Source of the DNA: Podarcis bocagei
Taxonomy: Eukaryota
Assembly (NCBI GenBank): GCA_964188305.1
Contig: OZ076889.1
Reading direction: 5' to 3' (one strand)
DNA length: 64,000 bases
Positions 12,665 through 26,104 of this stretch are shown in pieces. The notes under the pieces were generated by a model. The model was not told the DNA's origin. It worked only from the letters and a program-made list of their open reading frames with translations, and did no database searches. The number at the start of each line of letters is the position of its first letter. The stretch's first letter is position 1. The position numbers and the translations under genes were made by a program.

Positions 12665-12950
12665 GTTTGTTGTTGGCATCTGTCCGTCTTGAGAGAGAAT
12701 TAGCAGCCCTGAAGTGACCTCTTCAGGCCTCAGCAGTGTGTATGGAGGTCCTGGGCTTGGCTGCAGGAGTTGCCGGTAGGAGGTGTACGAGGCCCTATCT
12801 TAGAGACTGCACTCCAAGTTTGTGTAGGGTTTATTTTTTAGCCTTTCCTTCTCTTAAATATACCCCACAAGGCAGCGGAGGCTTAGGATCAGAGTTTTCG
12901 TTCTCCTAGGTAAGCTACCTTCCCAGGTTGACGAGCCCCATCTGCCCCAG
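12665..12950 (-). mobile_element. RTE-related non-autonomous retroelement fragment
   Basis: Reverse-complement similarity to 39850-40290, including the RTE-type motif ctaggagaaggaaaactctgatcctaaacctc. Confidence 0.55.
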
Positions 12951-15900
12951 TACAGCAGAATAGAATGATAATCTGCAAAAAGACTGCTGAAATTATGCAT
13001 TCTTCACCCCCCATTTAAAAGTGTGGTACAAACCTCTCATGGGAGAGGGTACCAGTTCTTGGCTGCTGAACTAAATGTCTCAGAAATGTAGGGGAGATTG
13101 TAGGGATTCTTGAGAAATACTGGCCCCAGGCCATTTGGGGTTTCAGAGGTCAAAACCAGCTCCTTGCATTAAGCCTGGAAACAAGATCAGTTAAGCTGGT
13201 ACAAGATCTGTGTAATATGAACTGATTGACTGGCTCCTGTCCAAGCTTCTGGTTGCTGAAATCTGAAACTTCCAGATTGTCTTCAAGTGCAGCCCCACAT
13301 AGTGAACATTAAAGTGGTCTGATCTGAAGGTGAATGACTGAGACCAGGTCTGGTTTATCAAAAAGAAAGAAAGAGAAAGGGACAGTTATCATGTAAGCTG
13401 GAAGGACGTATTTCCTGAAACCACTGCCGCCAGAATATTGAACCATCACATTTCTATCTATCTAGAGTTAACAGCCCTAGTCCAGATTTGTTTACTCTTC
13501 TGTGGTATCTTCTAAAGTGCATTCATATACCTCAGGTGTGTGGGGGGGGGGCTAGAATAATAGAATTGTAGAGTTGGAAGGTATCCCAAGAGTCATCTGG
13601 TTCAACCCTATGCAATGCAGGAATTAACATAACTTCAAGAAGAACCAGCAATCCTGGACCAAATTGGAGAGGCATCTTTTACATTTGCAATATTCCCTTT
13701 GCTTAATGTAAACAAACTTCTATTTCCTTCTTCTTGTTATGGGTTCAATTCAACTGAGCCACAGTGTCCTAAAAATGTTCTTTGCCTTTGCAGTTACCCT
13801 CATGATCGAAAATTACAGATGAAATTAATTTAAAGGCAGCTAATATTAATATAACAGCTTCTTTTTCTTGCTATTACAATCTTTGGTTTATGCTTCATAC
13901 AGAGACATTTAAAAGATTTGTATGCAATTAAAGCTAGAGTAGAACTGAAGTACATAGTCAACAGCTCAAAGCTCAATGGCTTATGCAAGAGTTTGTGGCT
14001 CCTATGAGTTACTTGAAATGTGGACCAAAGCAATATTTCTTGTAGTTTTAAAATCACATCAGACTCAAGCTGAATTATTAAATGTGCATCAATATGACTG
14101 GAAGGAGGATTTTACATCACTTTTTAAATTGAATTATATATGTCTAGAATTGGATGGAACCTTGTAACCCCCTTTCTGCTGCAGGAGATGCAGACCTAGA
14201 ACATTCTCAATAGATTGCTGTCCCTACCAACCCTCTACCTAATTATTTCCATTTGTAACTGCTTTCACCTACAAGACATTTCCCCTAATATTCTCCTAAA
14301 GTCAACCAATGTGGTGTCATGGTTGTAGTGTTGTACTAGGGCCTAGGAGGTTTGTAATTCTAGTTCTGATCTAGTAATAATGTTGTTTTAGAAGAGAACC
14401 CTTTATGTTTGTAACCTTTCCCACAGATCTGGGTTGGCTTGATCATGGTATATGAAACTTACAGGAGATTAGGTAATGAAGTGCAGAGTCAGTACCTGTA
14501 CACTTTTCAGGCAGGTATTTCTACCTGTTAGGTAAAGAATGATGCTGGCTCCCAGGAATTTTAAACATTTAAACTGTCCTGCATAGCGTATCTAAATATT
14601 TGAAACTGAATACTATTGATTTTATAATTTGTTATTTATATCAAATTATTGGAAAACAGTTTAAGCACATAAAAAACCAGCAGAACAAAAATGGAAGTAC
14701 AATAGGTTATTTTACTCTTTAAATTAATCTGACATATGCGAATTCTTGGATCCTAGTAATTGCAATTCATTCTGGGGCAGGGGAGCCTCGTGGTCAAATG
14801 TAGCAAGCCAATGGAACACTTAATTTTTTTCCTTGTAAATCTTCCAGTAGGTCCAGCCAGAAAGGCTCTTAAGAACTATATGCAAAACTGTCCCCTTTTT
14901 ACTCCTTCTTGTGCCTTTGACAACAGGTTGACATGCAGATATCAAAGAGGAGAGAAAAAGCTTTACCAGTTCAACTACTGCTTCTGCATTTGCTGTTAAG
15001 GACACAAGAGCAGGTTAAAAGTCAGGCACCCCTAACTTTATGGAGCATTTGATCTAAAACTTCCAAAGGGAAAATAACCTGTGTTTCCTCTCATCTCGTG
15101 TGTTAAATGGTGAGCCTACCTAACAAACAAAACCTACTAGATCAAGTTAGCTCCAGTGTGACATGCAGAATACTGTGGGTGGCATTTTGATAAATGGAGA
15201 GAAGTCTTAGTAGCAGGGTTTCTAAAATTCAGGCAGAATCTGTGTTCGAACTGACCTTTTTTCAGCATTGCTTATCAGCTTGTGTGTCAGTGTTCACTCT
15301 AAGGAACACTTTGGAATCTTGAAGAGGAGAGAAATATTTGCTTCCCAGGAAACATCTTTTTCTTCTCTTTCCAAGGGTTCTGGGTTTATGGTATTACAGG
15401 CTTTAAAGAAAAGAAGGTCTATTGGCAAGTAGCCATATCAAAATCCAATTTTCCATTACTGGGAACAGTAACAACATATGATTATACTTTCCAAGTTCCT
15501 CTGATGAATCTACCTTGAGCAGTGGTAAGGAAGATGAGAGGGATTGGGTTAAATGGGTGCAGAGGGAAGAATGTATTCTAGCTAATGACAGGCAGAATCA
15601 TGGGCAATCATAAACCACTTTCTGTAGCACTAAATGATAACAGTCATTTTGTGTAGCAAACCTACGCTGGTCCCAAACCTGAAGCCCAAGTAATTTGCAA
15701 TAAAGCTTTAGAGAAGTTTCTACTGCTGGAAACTCTTGAGCATGAACCTTCAAAAGCATCCTGATGGGCTCTTTAAAAAGATATATAATGAAGATCCAAA
15801 ATAGCTCTCCTTTTACATGTCGTGCTTTCATTAACAATGCCCTATTGAAAGATCACTTAATTTAATAAGAGGGAATTTAAAGCAAATCTATGAGCATAAA

Positions 15901-18489
15901 CCTGCTTATAAAAAATGCTCAGATTCACAGGAATTTGCTTGAGGTACCAATTGGATAATGTGTTGGAAGCCAAATTATCACACTGCGGCCACTGTAGCAA
16001 ATTATTGGCCATGTCTATTCAAGTTATACTCAGAAGAAGGGAATGGGGTAAAAGAGAGGATGTTCCTCCTGTTTCAACACCTATTGTTTTTCTTTTTTAA
16101 AAAAACGTTGCAGATGTAAAGCAGACCAAAGCATTGCATGTATGGTGGTATGTTTTAACACACATGCCACTGTTTGCATTGTAAGGGCACTTTTACTACT
16201 ATGAGGAAATGTGAGAGATTTCTGTTATAATTGCTTCTCAGCATGGAAAACAGTGTTGTTATTATGTTAATGAAGCAACAGACACCCAACAGAAACTACT
16301 GTTGGGGTCTTTATTACCCCAGTGTTCAGCTATACAGCTTTGCTACCCCTACAATTGTAGAATTGTATCTGAAAACCTAACATGCTTGGTATGTGTGTTT
16401 GCTTGGTATGTATGATGCATGCTTGGTATGTGTGTTTAGTACCAGAAGGGGGCAGAGAAGAGAGATGTGCTCAGGAAACCCAGATTAACCACATACATGT
16501 AATTTAATCTAAAATGTATGTGTACAGTTACTTTAAATTATCCATTTTGCCTCCCCAAATTTTTTTTCACTGAATTTAGTTATTTTTGGCTTAAGACCTT
16601 AGGCCTGACTCATGGGTCGTAAATATGAAAGAGACCTAAACACACTGGCTTGACAGACAAGGCAGCACATTATTGGGGTGTGATGCGTAGGTATCCATAC
16701 CAGCTTGGTTTACTAGGTGCTACTTCAGATGTAGTGCCTGTTGCTTTAACAGATCCATTCTCCTACTTTCTTTCATTTTCCTCCACAACTATAGCAGGCT
16801 GTACTGTAGCTGTGGTTCACCACTGATGGAGAAGAAGACAAGCCCTGCTGCTATGGAGCTCTAAAAGCAAGCAACAAGTTGGTTGGAGTCAGGGCAGAGC
16901 TAGGAAGCCCACAATGGGATGCCTGGATTTCTCATATGGGTGCCAAAAGTTGGATCTCGGGTGTTGGTTGTTTTTTTAGTTTTCTTAATAGGTTTAGGCC
17001 ACTTAAAATGTGGGGTTGCCAAATCCAGACCTTTTTTCCAATGAGCTCATGGTGGTGTACAAGGTTCTCCCCCTCTTCCAGGTGCCAGTCCAACTGTCAC
17101 ACCACACTGTTTCTCAGACTTCCTGGGGTTTTGTCCTACAGCTTCAGTGTAGTTATACACACAGAATTTATTCAACTGGTCTGCAATCTCTTTATACTTA
17201 TTTAGCACATCTTTAGTTCACTTGTCATCTGACTTCCTCCCAGCTGGATTTTCTACTTCTGGGGAACTTAAAAATATATTTTTTAAAAAATCCTTGTTCT
17301 TAATTTTCTTAGTGACAAGAGCCTCAAATTCTTTATTTCGTTTCCCACCCATCTTCATCCACTTCTTTTTTGTGTTTGTGTGTGCACACGTGCCTGTTTG
17401 TGCCTCTTTTTGTTCTGATTTGTATAAGAGACCCCCATTTTCTGAAGGAACCCTTCTTGCTTGTATATAATATAAATATGCCCAGATTGTGTCAGAAGTA
17501 GGAGCTTGTGGATGTATATCACATTGAAACCAGTAGTATTAAGCTATCAGCAAATTCTCCTCTGCTATATTGTTTTGTTGAAAGATGCATATTTAAGCAG
17601 CAGAGACTGCACTGATTTTCAGCTGAGCAGGTTCAGGCATAGTTACAGGAATTCACCCAATAACAGGTATGGTGATTTATTTGGCTGTGCTTTGGGGGAT
17701 TTTCCTCTGTCTTGGTTAAATGTGACAACTGTTGTCAAAAATATAATCACAGGTCTTGCCTCTAACACTGAGCTGCAATAAACATGACTGTAAAATTTTT
17801 AGCCTGGCAGTGGGTCATTTATTTTATTTTTGAATAGCTATGCAAGTTCCAGTTTCAAAGCTGCTATGCTTAAGGCTTATTTAGCTCCTCTGTGGGGTGG
17901 TGACCGTTTGGGAAACTAATAAAAGATTAGGCTCCATTTGACAGCTTTGAACCACACAGAGGAAATTAGTGGAATTCGTATTCCAACGAGAGATGGATTA
18001 TTGCTTTGCCAGTTTCATGTTACGTGAAATGTACCTCTGCTTTTCTTGCCACCTAAGACCTTTTTTTTGGATTCTAAACAGTATTAAGGCTTGGAGTTTT
18101 GTTTTTATGGCTCTCATTAATTTAACAGTTTTTCTAAAGACTGTGAAATCATGGGTCTCAAGGGGCATTTTTTAAATAGATGTCAGCCCCACTCATTTTT
18201 ATAGTGTGGCTTGTTTCCTATACAGCACAATCCTGCTTCTCTTCTCTCCTGCACCCAAGAGTGTGTGCAGATGAATGTGGCCTTGGAAGAAAGTTGCATG
18301 CTTCAAAGCATGAAAATGGACTAACAATGGCAGTATGCTTGTATAATGGCACTCAAGTAAACAGACATTCAAGAGAATTCCATTTAGATTTAGGCATCAA
18401 ATTAGGGGCATCTGTCATCATCCCCCCCCCCAAATACTGTAGGCTCTGTCAGCCATATAATCACTCAGGTGATCAGAGACAGATAATGA

Positions 18490-18620
18490 AAGAATTGTAG
18501 AGTTGGAAGGGACCCCAAGGGTCATCTAGTCCAACCCCCTGCAATGGAGGAATCTCAGCTGAAGCATACATGACAGATGGCCAGCCAACCTCTGCTTAAA
18601 AACCTCCAATGAAGGAGATG
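18490..18620 (-). mobile_element. CR1-family 3' end fragment
   Basis: agaattgtagagttggaagggaccccaagggtcatctagtccaaccccctgcaat; similar pieces at ~13560-13625, 37340-37640 and 40300-40370. Confidence 0.75.
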
Positions 18621-18657
18621 TAGAAATAAAAGTCAAATATTTTCAAAATTCCAGGTA

Positions 18658-18884
18658 CATGTGGTACCTCGGGTTAAGTACTTAATTTGTTCCGGAGGTC
18701 CGTTCTTAACCTGAAACTGTTCTTAACCTGAAGCACTACTTTATCTAATGGGGCCTCCTGCTGCCGCCGCACCGGCGGAACACGATTTCTGTTCTCATCC
18801 TGAAGCAAAGTTATTAACCCGAGGTAATATTTCTGGGTAGGCGGAGGCTGTAACCTGAAGCGTATGTAACCCGAGGTACCACTG
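18658..18884. mobile_element. Tc1/mariner (Tigger/pogo-like) MITE
   Basis: TIRs (ca)gtggtacctcgggtt / aacccgaggtaccactg with TA TSD; same family as 19751-19975 and 47837-48062. Confidence 0.9.
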
Positions 18885-19750
18885 TACTGCAGTTAATATA
18901 AAGTTCTGAAAATTTGCAATTATGTTCCCTGTGAGACGTATGGATTAATTCCACCCCCACCCCCCCAATGATGAAGGCATTCTCAATTATCTACTGTTAT
19001 GGAATAAGCTATAACATGTGTACTACTGTACTGTAACTTAAGTGTGTTTTTTAACAGAGCAGCAGAATCTTGAAGCTTCCCTCTTAACCCTGCTTTTTTA
19101 AGGGGGTGAGGGATATGTCACATGTTGTTGGGATTTTCTTTCCCATCAACTCCAGCCACCTTGGGCAATAGTCATGGATGATAGGAGTTGAAGTCCAGCA
19201 ACATTTAGGGCCCCAGATTCCCAACCCCTGCTTTATGACAAAGGTTTTGTAAACCCATGCCTCCACCATCCTAGGAATGGCACTGACAACTCTGAATGTC
19301 ATGGAAGACTCTCCTTCTCCACAGTCCTCTCCATTCTGCCTCACCCTCTAAAAGCCACTTTTATTGCATATTTAATGGGGCTTTGCATGAGTGCTTTGGG
19401 TAGCTGTATCTACACTGGGTCTCAGATTGTTCTCCTGCATCAACACTGGGTCCCCTGTGCTGGTTTATGTGCACCATTACTTCAGAGCAGGATGGCATAC
19501 TTAGACTCTAAAGTACGGTTACCATTTGTCATTGAAGGATATGCATTTGAGGACTTTGAAGTGGATGGAGTCCCATTCCAGTTCCTTTCCAGCAGAAGCA
19601 TATTTTCATACAAAGGCTAATGTTGCTTGCTTTGACCTTATTCATTTTCTGCTTGGGTCCAGAAGTGCCAAACTCAGTTTCTGTTATTTTACTTTCAAAA
19701 AACCCCAGACCAAATCCAAATAAATATAAAGTAAAACTAAAAAACATTTA

Positions 19751-19975
19751 CAGTGGTACCTCAGGTTACAAACATAATTCTTTCTAGAGGTCCATTCTTA
19801 ACCCGAAACCGTTCTTAACCTGAGGCATGCTTTTGCTAATGGGGCTTCCCATTGCCGCTACACCACCGCCATTCAATTTCCATTCTCATCCTGGGGCAAA
19901 GTTCTCAACCCGAGGTACTACTTCTGGGTTAGTGGAGTTTGTAACCCGAAGCATTTGTAACCCAAGGTACCACTG
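19751..19975. mobile_element. Tc1/mariner (Tigger/pogo-like) MITE
   Basis: TA|cagtggtacctcaggttaca ... tgtaacccaaggtaccactg|TA. Confidence 0.9.
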
Positions 19976-20189
19976 TACTGGTAGTTTTCAAGGAGTCAAA
20001 TGCTGAGAAAAGCAGACGAAAGCAGAACGTGAAAACTGGTCCTTTCCCATTATTACCTGATGCAGAAAACAAACAAAACAAAGACAACAAACACATAGTA
20101 TTCAACCATGGAAGAAAAAATAGAACATAGACTGTAATCATGTGCACATTAGGCTGCTTAGATTCCATTGATGTAGGCAAGATGTAAAC

Positions 20190-20439
20190 CAGGGGTCAGC
20201 AAACTTTTTCAGCAGGGGGCCGGTCCACTGTCCCTCAGACCTTGTGGGGGCCAGACTATATTTTGAAGGAGAAAAATGAACAAATTCCTGTGCCCCACAA
20301 ATAACCCAGAGATGCATTTTAAATAAAAGCACACATTCTACTCATGTAAAAACACACTGATTCCCGGACTGTCCGTGGGTCGGATTTAGAAGGCGATTGG
20401 GCCAACCCTGGCCCCTGGGCCTTAGATTGCCTACCCATG
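20190..20439. mobile_element. hAT (Charlie-like) MITE
   Basis: TIRs caggggtcagcaaact / agattgcctacccatg; perfect 8-bp TSD ATGTAAAC (20182-20189, 20440-20447). Confidence 0.9.
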
Positions 20440-22037
20440 ATGTAAACATTCCCACTGTGCATGAATGCAGTCATAGAAAGTTTTTTTAAAAAAACATTCA
20501 CATTCAATTTGCACTGTAGGTTCCCCAATCCTACTCAATATCAGTGTATTTCCGGTTGAACCTACTTGTAATAGGGTTTTCATATCAATAGACAGTTAAC
20601 TTATTAAAAGCTATTGTAATCCCAGTTGCAAAGTCTTGAGCTTTGCAATGCCACGTGCAAGATTTCAAGATTGGACATAGTGATAAAAAGGTGTAGCTTT
20701 AGAGGAGGAAGGCTGGACAGCATGTGTGGAACAATATCTTCTAGGAGTCAGAGGCTCCTACTTCAAAACAAGAGATAATGCAGCACATATTTGGGAACTA
20801 AAGTTACAACTTGTCAGAAACAATTTTAAAAAGTTTCACATATGAGTACAGGACAGAAAATATTTTTCAGTTACTTGGGAAACTTCTCCTTCAGCTAGAT
20901 TTGGTAAATATCAGACAAGCAAAATCCATGCCGAGAAATTTCAAGTTACATGTCTTATAGATTATAGACTTTAAGCAAATTATAAAAGTGTAAATTAGGT
21001 CATGGTTGGCTCAGACAGTTTATTTTAGTACACTAGTCCATAGTAATTGAATCCATTTAAAATAAATCTGCCTTGAAATATGATACTGTGAATGACAAAG
21101 CCATTTTAATAAATATAAAAAGTCAGGATCACTCTCTATTCAGGTCAGTGGGGCAGAATGCCTTGCATCAGGACTGCCTGTGAACCAGAGGGTTTGGTAA
21201 CTACTAGCCAAATTATTTCCATATGTGTGGTCTCAGTACCGTAAGGCAAAAATGTGACTTTAGACAATTAAAATGTTAAGTAACATGTATAACTGCTTGG
21301 CAGCATTGCCAAAGTATATCGCTAGTTGAATCTCTAATTGTTCACATTTAGGCAGAATATACATTACACCAGTAAAATGTTTTAGCAAGGAGACAAATCA
21401 AGATAATGTTATCTATTTGAGAGGAACCCCGCTGTCTGTTCCATCTGGAAAGCTTATCTCCCCTTTGATTTTTGTTCTACTTGTATATATTGCCTCCCAT
21501 ATTCATCCCTGTCATTCTTGCAGTCCTAATTTAACATTTGGGAATTCGTGGTTTACCAAAGTCCTAACCCAAGCAAATCTTCTAACCTTCAGTATCTTTC
21601 CTATAATGTACCTCTTGCCTTGACATTCTTTCAGCGATGCAATTAAGTAACTTTTGTGCAGAGAAAGTCATGCAACATGATCTTCTTACAGTGATATAAA
21701 TTACAGAGATGGTGATTCTCAGCCCCTATTTATGCTGTTGCAGTCCCATTGAATTAATGGCATTCCATCAATGCACGTTATCTTAGGGCAAAACTAGACA
21801 TAGTAATGTAGTTTGGTTGTGCACAGCTGTTTTTTCTTCAACTAGTAGCCAGCATAGTGGGACTGCGAAATAGCATGGTGCACTTTGGTTCTCTGCCCTT
21901 GTTGTAGTTCTGATTGGAATTGACTGCTTTACCTCCTATTTGTAATGGAAAAAAAGTTCCAACTGATGCCCATTGTGAGTAGCAGGCATGGGATGGGGGT
22001 TGCAGGGGGACTGTGGTGAAGGCAAGGGGTTAAAGCC

Positions 22038-22039
<2 letters not shown>

Positions 22040-22076
<37 letters not shown>
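22040..22076. repeat. (CA)n microsatellite
   Basis: Directly visible. Confidence 0.95.
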
Positions 22077-22078
<2 letters not shown>

Positions 22079-22902
22079 CAATCTTGACGCTCCTTCAGGT
22101 ATACAGGACCGAGACCATTTAGGGCTTTAAAGGTCAGCACCAACACTTTGAATTGTGCTCGGAAATGTATAAGATGTCCATGTATATTGCATTAGTTACT
22201 GGACAAATACATATTGGGACTAGCTCTTCCCAAGCTGTTGCTGAGTTGTTCTGCCTACCTGTGATCCTAAACATACTCCTTAGCACTTTGACTTCCAATA
22301 CAAATACTTATTTCCATGCATGACTGTGCCAGTCAAGAGGTTGGAACTCCCTCCTTAGCAATGCTTAACCTGGTATTAAGCAAGATATCTTTCAGGCAGG
22401 CAGCAAATATAATCTTACTCACCTTTGTACCTGTATATTGGAACCCAAACAGAAAAAGGTTTAGGAAGGTATGACCCAAAAAGAATAGCCAAAAGTATTA
22501 CAAGAATAAACATTGTAGTTCTTGGTATACATGATAAAAGAATGGACAGATATCATTGGTTTATGAAGGTGGTTTTCACAGCAATATTTAAAGGCCACTG
22601 TTGGATAGATCTAGGATTTACTGCACAGTCCTATGTATATCTAGGGGTGGGGAAGAAATTCAGTTTGCTAAGAATTTTAATTTAAAATTAACCTAATTTG
22701 CAGTTTCAGAAACAAAATGCCAACTGAAACATAACTATCCTTTGAAATCTACACTTCTCCAAATTTTGCAGTGCAGTCAGTTTGTGGGAGGGTTATACAC
22801 TCATAACTGTTCTGTTGCAATAAGAGTGATGTGCAGTGCAATCCTATACATTGTGACTCAGGAGCTCCATTGAGTTCAGTGCGACTTACCTTCAGTATTT
22901 TA

Positions 22903-23386
22903 CCGTATTTTTCTCTGTATAAGTCGCCCCCATGTATAAGACGATCCCTATTTATTTTAACCCAAAATTAAGAAATTAAGTTGTTTAGCTTTTTTGGGGG
23001 GGGGGAGGTCACTTCCTCCAATCGCTCACCCGCCTGCCCGCCACTGCCAATCGCTTGCCACAGCCACTGCCAATTGCACACCTTGCAGTGGCCACCAATT
23101 GTCTGCTTGCTCACCCCCACCAACAGCCCACCCGCCCACTTGCTGCAGCCGCCAGTCATCTACCCGCCTCACCACAGCCGCCAATCGCCTACCCAATTGC
23201 CACAGGCACAGCCAATCGTCAACAGGCCTTACTGCAGCCACCAATCACCCACCAATCGCTGCTGCCAATCTCCTGCTTGCTGCTGCCATTAATCGCACAT
23301 CCGCCCTCTGTATTCAATATCCGTGTGTAAGACGACACCCAATTTTTTTTAGCAAAAAGCATTGTCTTATACACGGAAAAATACAG
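22903..23386. mobile_element. Tc2/pogo-like MITE with degenerate internal repeats
   Basis: TA|ccgtatttttctctgtataag ... cttatacacggaaaaatacag|TA; interior made of degenerate ccgccaatcgc units. Confidence 0.85.
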
Positions 23387-25162
23387 TATGTTCTATAAAT
23401 ACTCAACAAAAGTATCTTACTGCTTCCCAAATCCAACTCCCTCCAACTTTGGCTGCTCCTGACAATGCTTTCCTTCTTTTTCATCTTAGGCATTAGTATT
23501 AGTATTTTGAGTCCTGTAAAATATAGGCAGGTTTTACTAAAACATATGAAAATTTAAGCCACAAAAGTATGTAAGGAAAGAGTATTCCATTTACAAGCTG
23601 CTGGTCTAGCCTGTATTATCAGAGCTGTATCTCAGTAGGACCTTAGTTTCTTCCAAAAATAGAAGTCAGCTTGTGATAGGAGTTAAGTGATGCCATTGTG
23701 CTCCTTCCTTTAAGGCTGTCAAAATTATTTCAAGCTGGTTATAATGTCTGTGTGTTTATAATCTCCAGCCCCCTCCATATCAACTGCTTCCTAATTTCTC
23801 TCTGGTTTACAAAAATGGCAAAATACATGTAATGGCCAAGCTTTTCTGTTATAAACAAGGCAATCTGGAAAATTTTAATTTAAAAAATAAAGTAAAAGTC
23901 AGTTGTCAGTCTTCAGGTATCATCAACTTGTCCTTTACCCTTCAGCAGTGAATGTCTAATCACTCTCTCTAGAACACTGATAATAGCGTGAGCAGGATTT
24001 CTTCCCTGCTTCAGTTGGAACGTGCATCTTATCTTGTGCTATCGCAAGTCTTGTGTCAATAATACAATGCCTTGGAACATATTTTGTTTTTCCCGAACTA
24101 ATTACAGGAACTGAGGAGTCTAAAAAAGAAACAATTTTCACTCTCCCACCCCACCCAAGATATGTCATAATTGGAATGGAAATTGCCCTCCCCAGTGTAA
24201 CTAAGGACCTTAGAAAAAAGTTCCCATTGGTGCCAATGGGACTTGTCCCCATCAAAGCTCCCAGTCACATAGGGGTGGGCTGGGGGCAGAGGGCAACACC
24301 GTTCTGGTAGCTGTTAGAAAGCGAAGTGCTGACATCAGGCGGATAAGACCTGGAATCAACTCCCTGATCAACCCTTAAACTGACCACTGAATATGGCATA
24401 TTATCTGTCTATCTCATCCCAGAAGTCTTAACAAGAGGGAATCAAAGTGCCGTTTTGTACCCGTGTTGACTTACTCTCTTTGCATTCTCCCTCACACACC
24501 CTTCAGCCTAATTTACCACACGAAGTCTTTGAGGGGGGAAATGGAATACATGTTGCCCTGAGCTCCTTAAAGGTGCCCTACATACAGTACAAATAATGTG
24601 TAATCTGAAACCTTTAAATGCTAATATTGTGCTTTTGCAGAATTAATTTGGGGATCGTGTGTGCGCCTGTGTGTGTATTCACACAGCATGAACCACTTTT
24701 AGTGGTTTTTTGAATTCTGACAAGTCCATATATAATGGAGGAATTGGCATAAGATCATGACTGTTCAGTTATGTATCTTGAACCAATTATTCCAGATTAG
24801 TGAGGGAGGTTTGTTTTAATGCCTTATTAAATATTCCTTAAAGTGCATATAAAATGACCAGACAAGAGGAAAAATGTTTATGAAGCTTTTGCAGTGAATA
24901 GCCATGGCAATATAATGATACCAGACTGTAACCATGACCATCTGTTTTGCTGTCTAATTAATACTGACTTGCAGTAGATTGGAATATGGATTTTCCATCA
25001 GGCTTTGCCTAATTGCTGCTCTGCAGCTACATCACTGCGCATTGTGCTGACATTCTATGTTTGTGCACATCCTCACTGTAAACATGGCCTGCAGGTTCTG
25101 AGTCCTGATCTTTCCCCTACACATTCACCTATATTTAGTGGTAGGTATAACAGTGCACCCAT

Positions 25163-25525
25163 GGGATGCGGGTGGCGCTGTGTTCTAAACCACTGAGCCT
25201 CTTGGGCTTGCCAATCAGAAGGTCGGCGGTTCAAATCCCCACGACGGGGTGAGCTCCCGTTGCTGGGTCCCAACTCCTGCCAAAAGAAAGAACACCAAAA
25301 GTGCAAGTAGATAAATAGGTACCGCTCCGGCGGGAAGGTAAACGGCATTTCCGTGCACTGCTCTGGTTGCGCCAGAAGCAGCTTAAGTCATGCTGGCCAC
25401 ACGACCCGGAAAAACTCTGCGGACAAATGCCAGCTCCCTCGGCCTGTAAAGCGAGATGAACGCTGCAACCCCAGAGTCATTTGCGACTGGACTTAACTGT
25501 CAGGGGTCCTTTACCTTTTCCTTTT
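25163..25525 (+). mobile_element. Full-length Sauria SINE
   Basis: tRNA-like head (ggtggcgctgtg...ggttcaaatcc), body, (ACCTTT)-type tail; 12-bp TSD TATAACAGTGCA at 25146-25157 and 25526-25537. Confidence 0.92.
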
Positions 25526-26104
25526 TATAACAGTGCAAGGATTACATGTAGTGCTGGCCCAAGACATTTTGCTGCCTGAAGTGAAGCAAAAATCTCCTTA
25601 ATCCTACTAGGGCCAAACACTTTAGTATCACAGCAGGGCAGGGCAGGCAGGACCAGTGCTGGTTTTTGTTTGTTTCAGAATTTATCAGAATTCAGAAAAT
25701 ATCTGAATATAAAACATAGATAATAAAATAGTATTAAAACACATAAATCAACAAAAATTAAAAACTATCTAATTTGAGAAGGCTCCTGAGAAAAGAAAAG
25801 TTTTCAATGGATATTGAAAACACTAACAAATATTGGGGTTGCTTCACTTTTGAAGAAAGGGAATTACAGAGAGCAGGTGCCACAGTGCTAAAGTCACTTC
25901 ATGCCTTACTGCAAAGGTGTATGTCACCATCAACAGATGCTCCTCCACAAATGTAAATGACTGGGGCAGTTTCTCAGATTCTGTTGTTCAGAATTGCATA
26001 GGGCTTTATGCATCGGTAGTATAACCTTGAACCTAGCTTAGTAGCAGATTGGCAGCCAGTGCATCACTATCAACAGAAGTGTCACATGTTCCTGATAAGA
26101 TATA

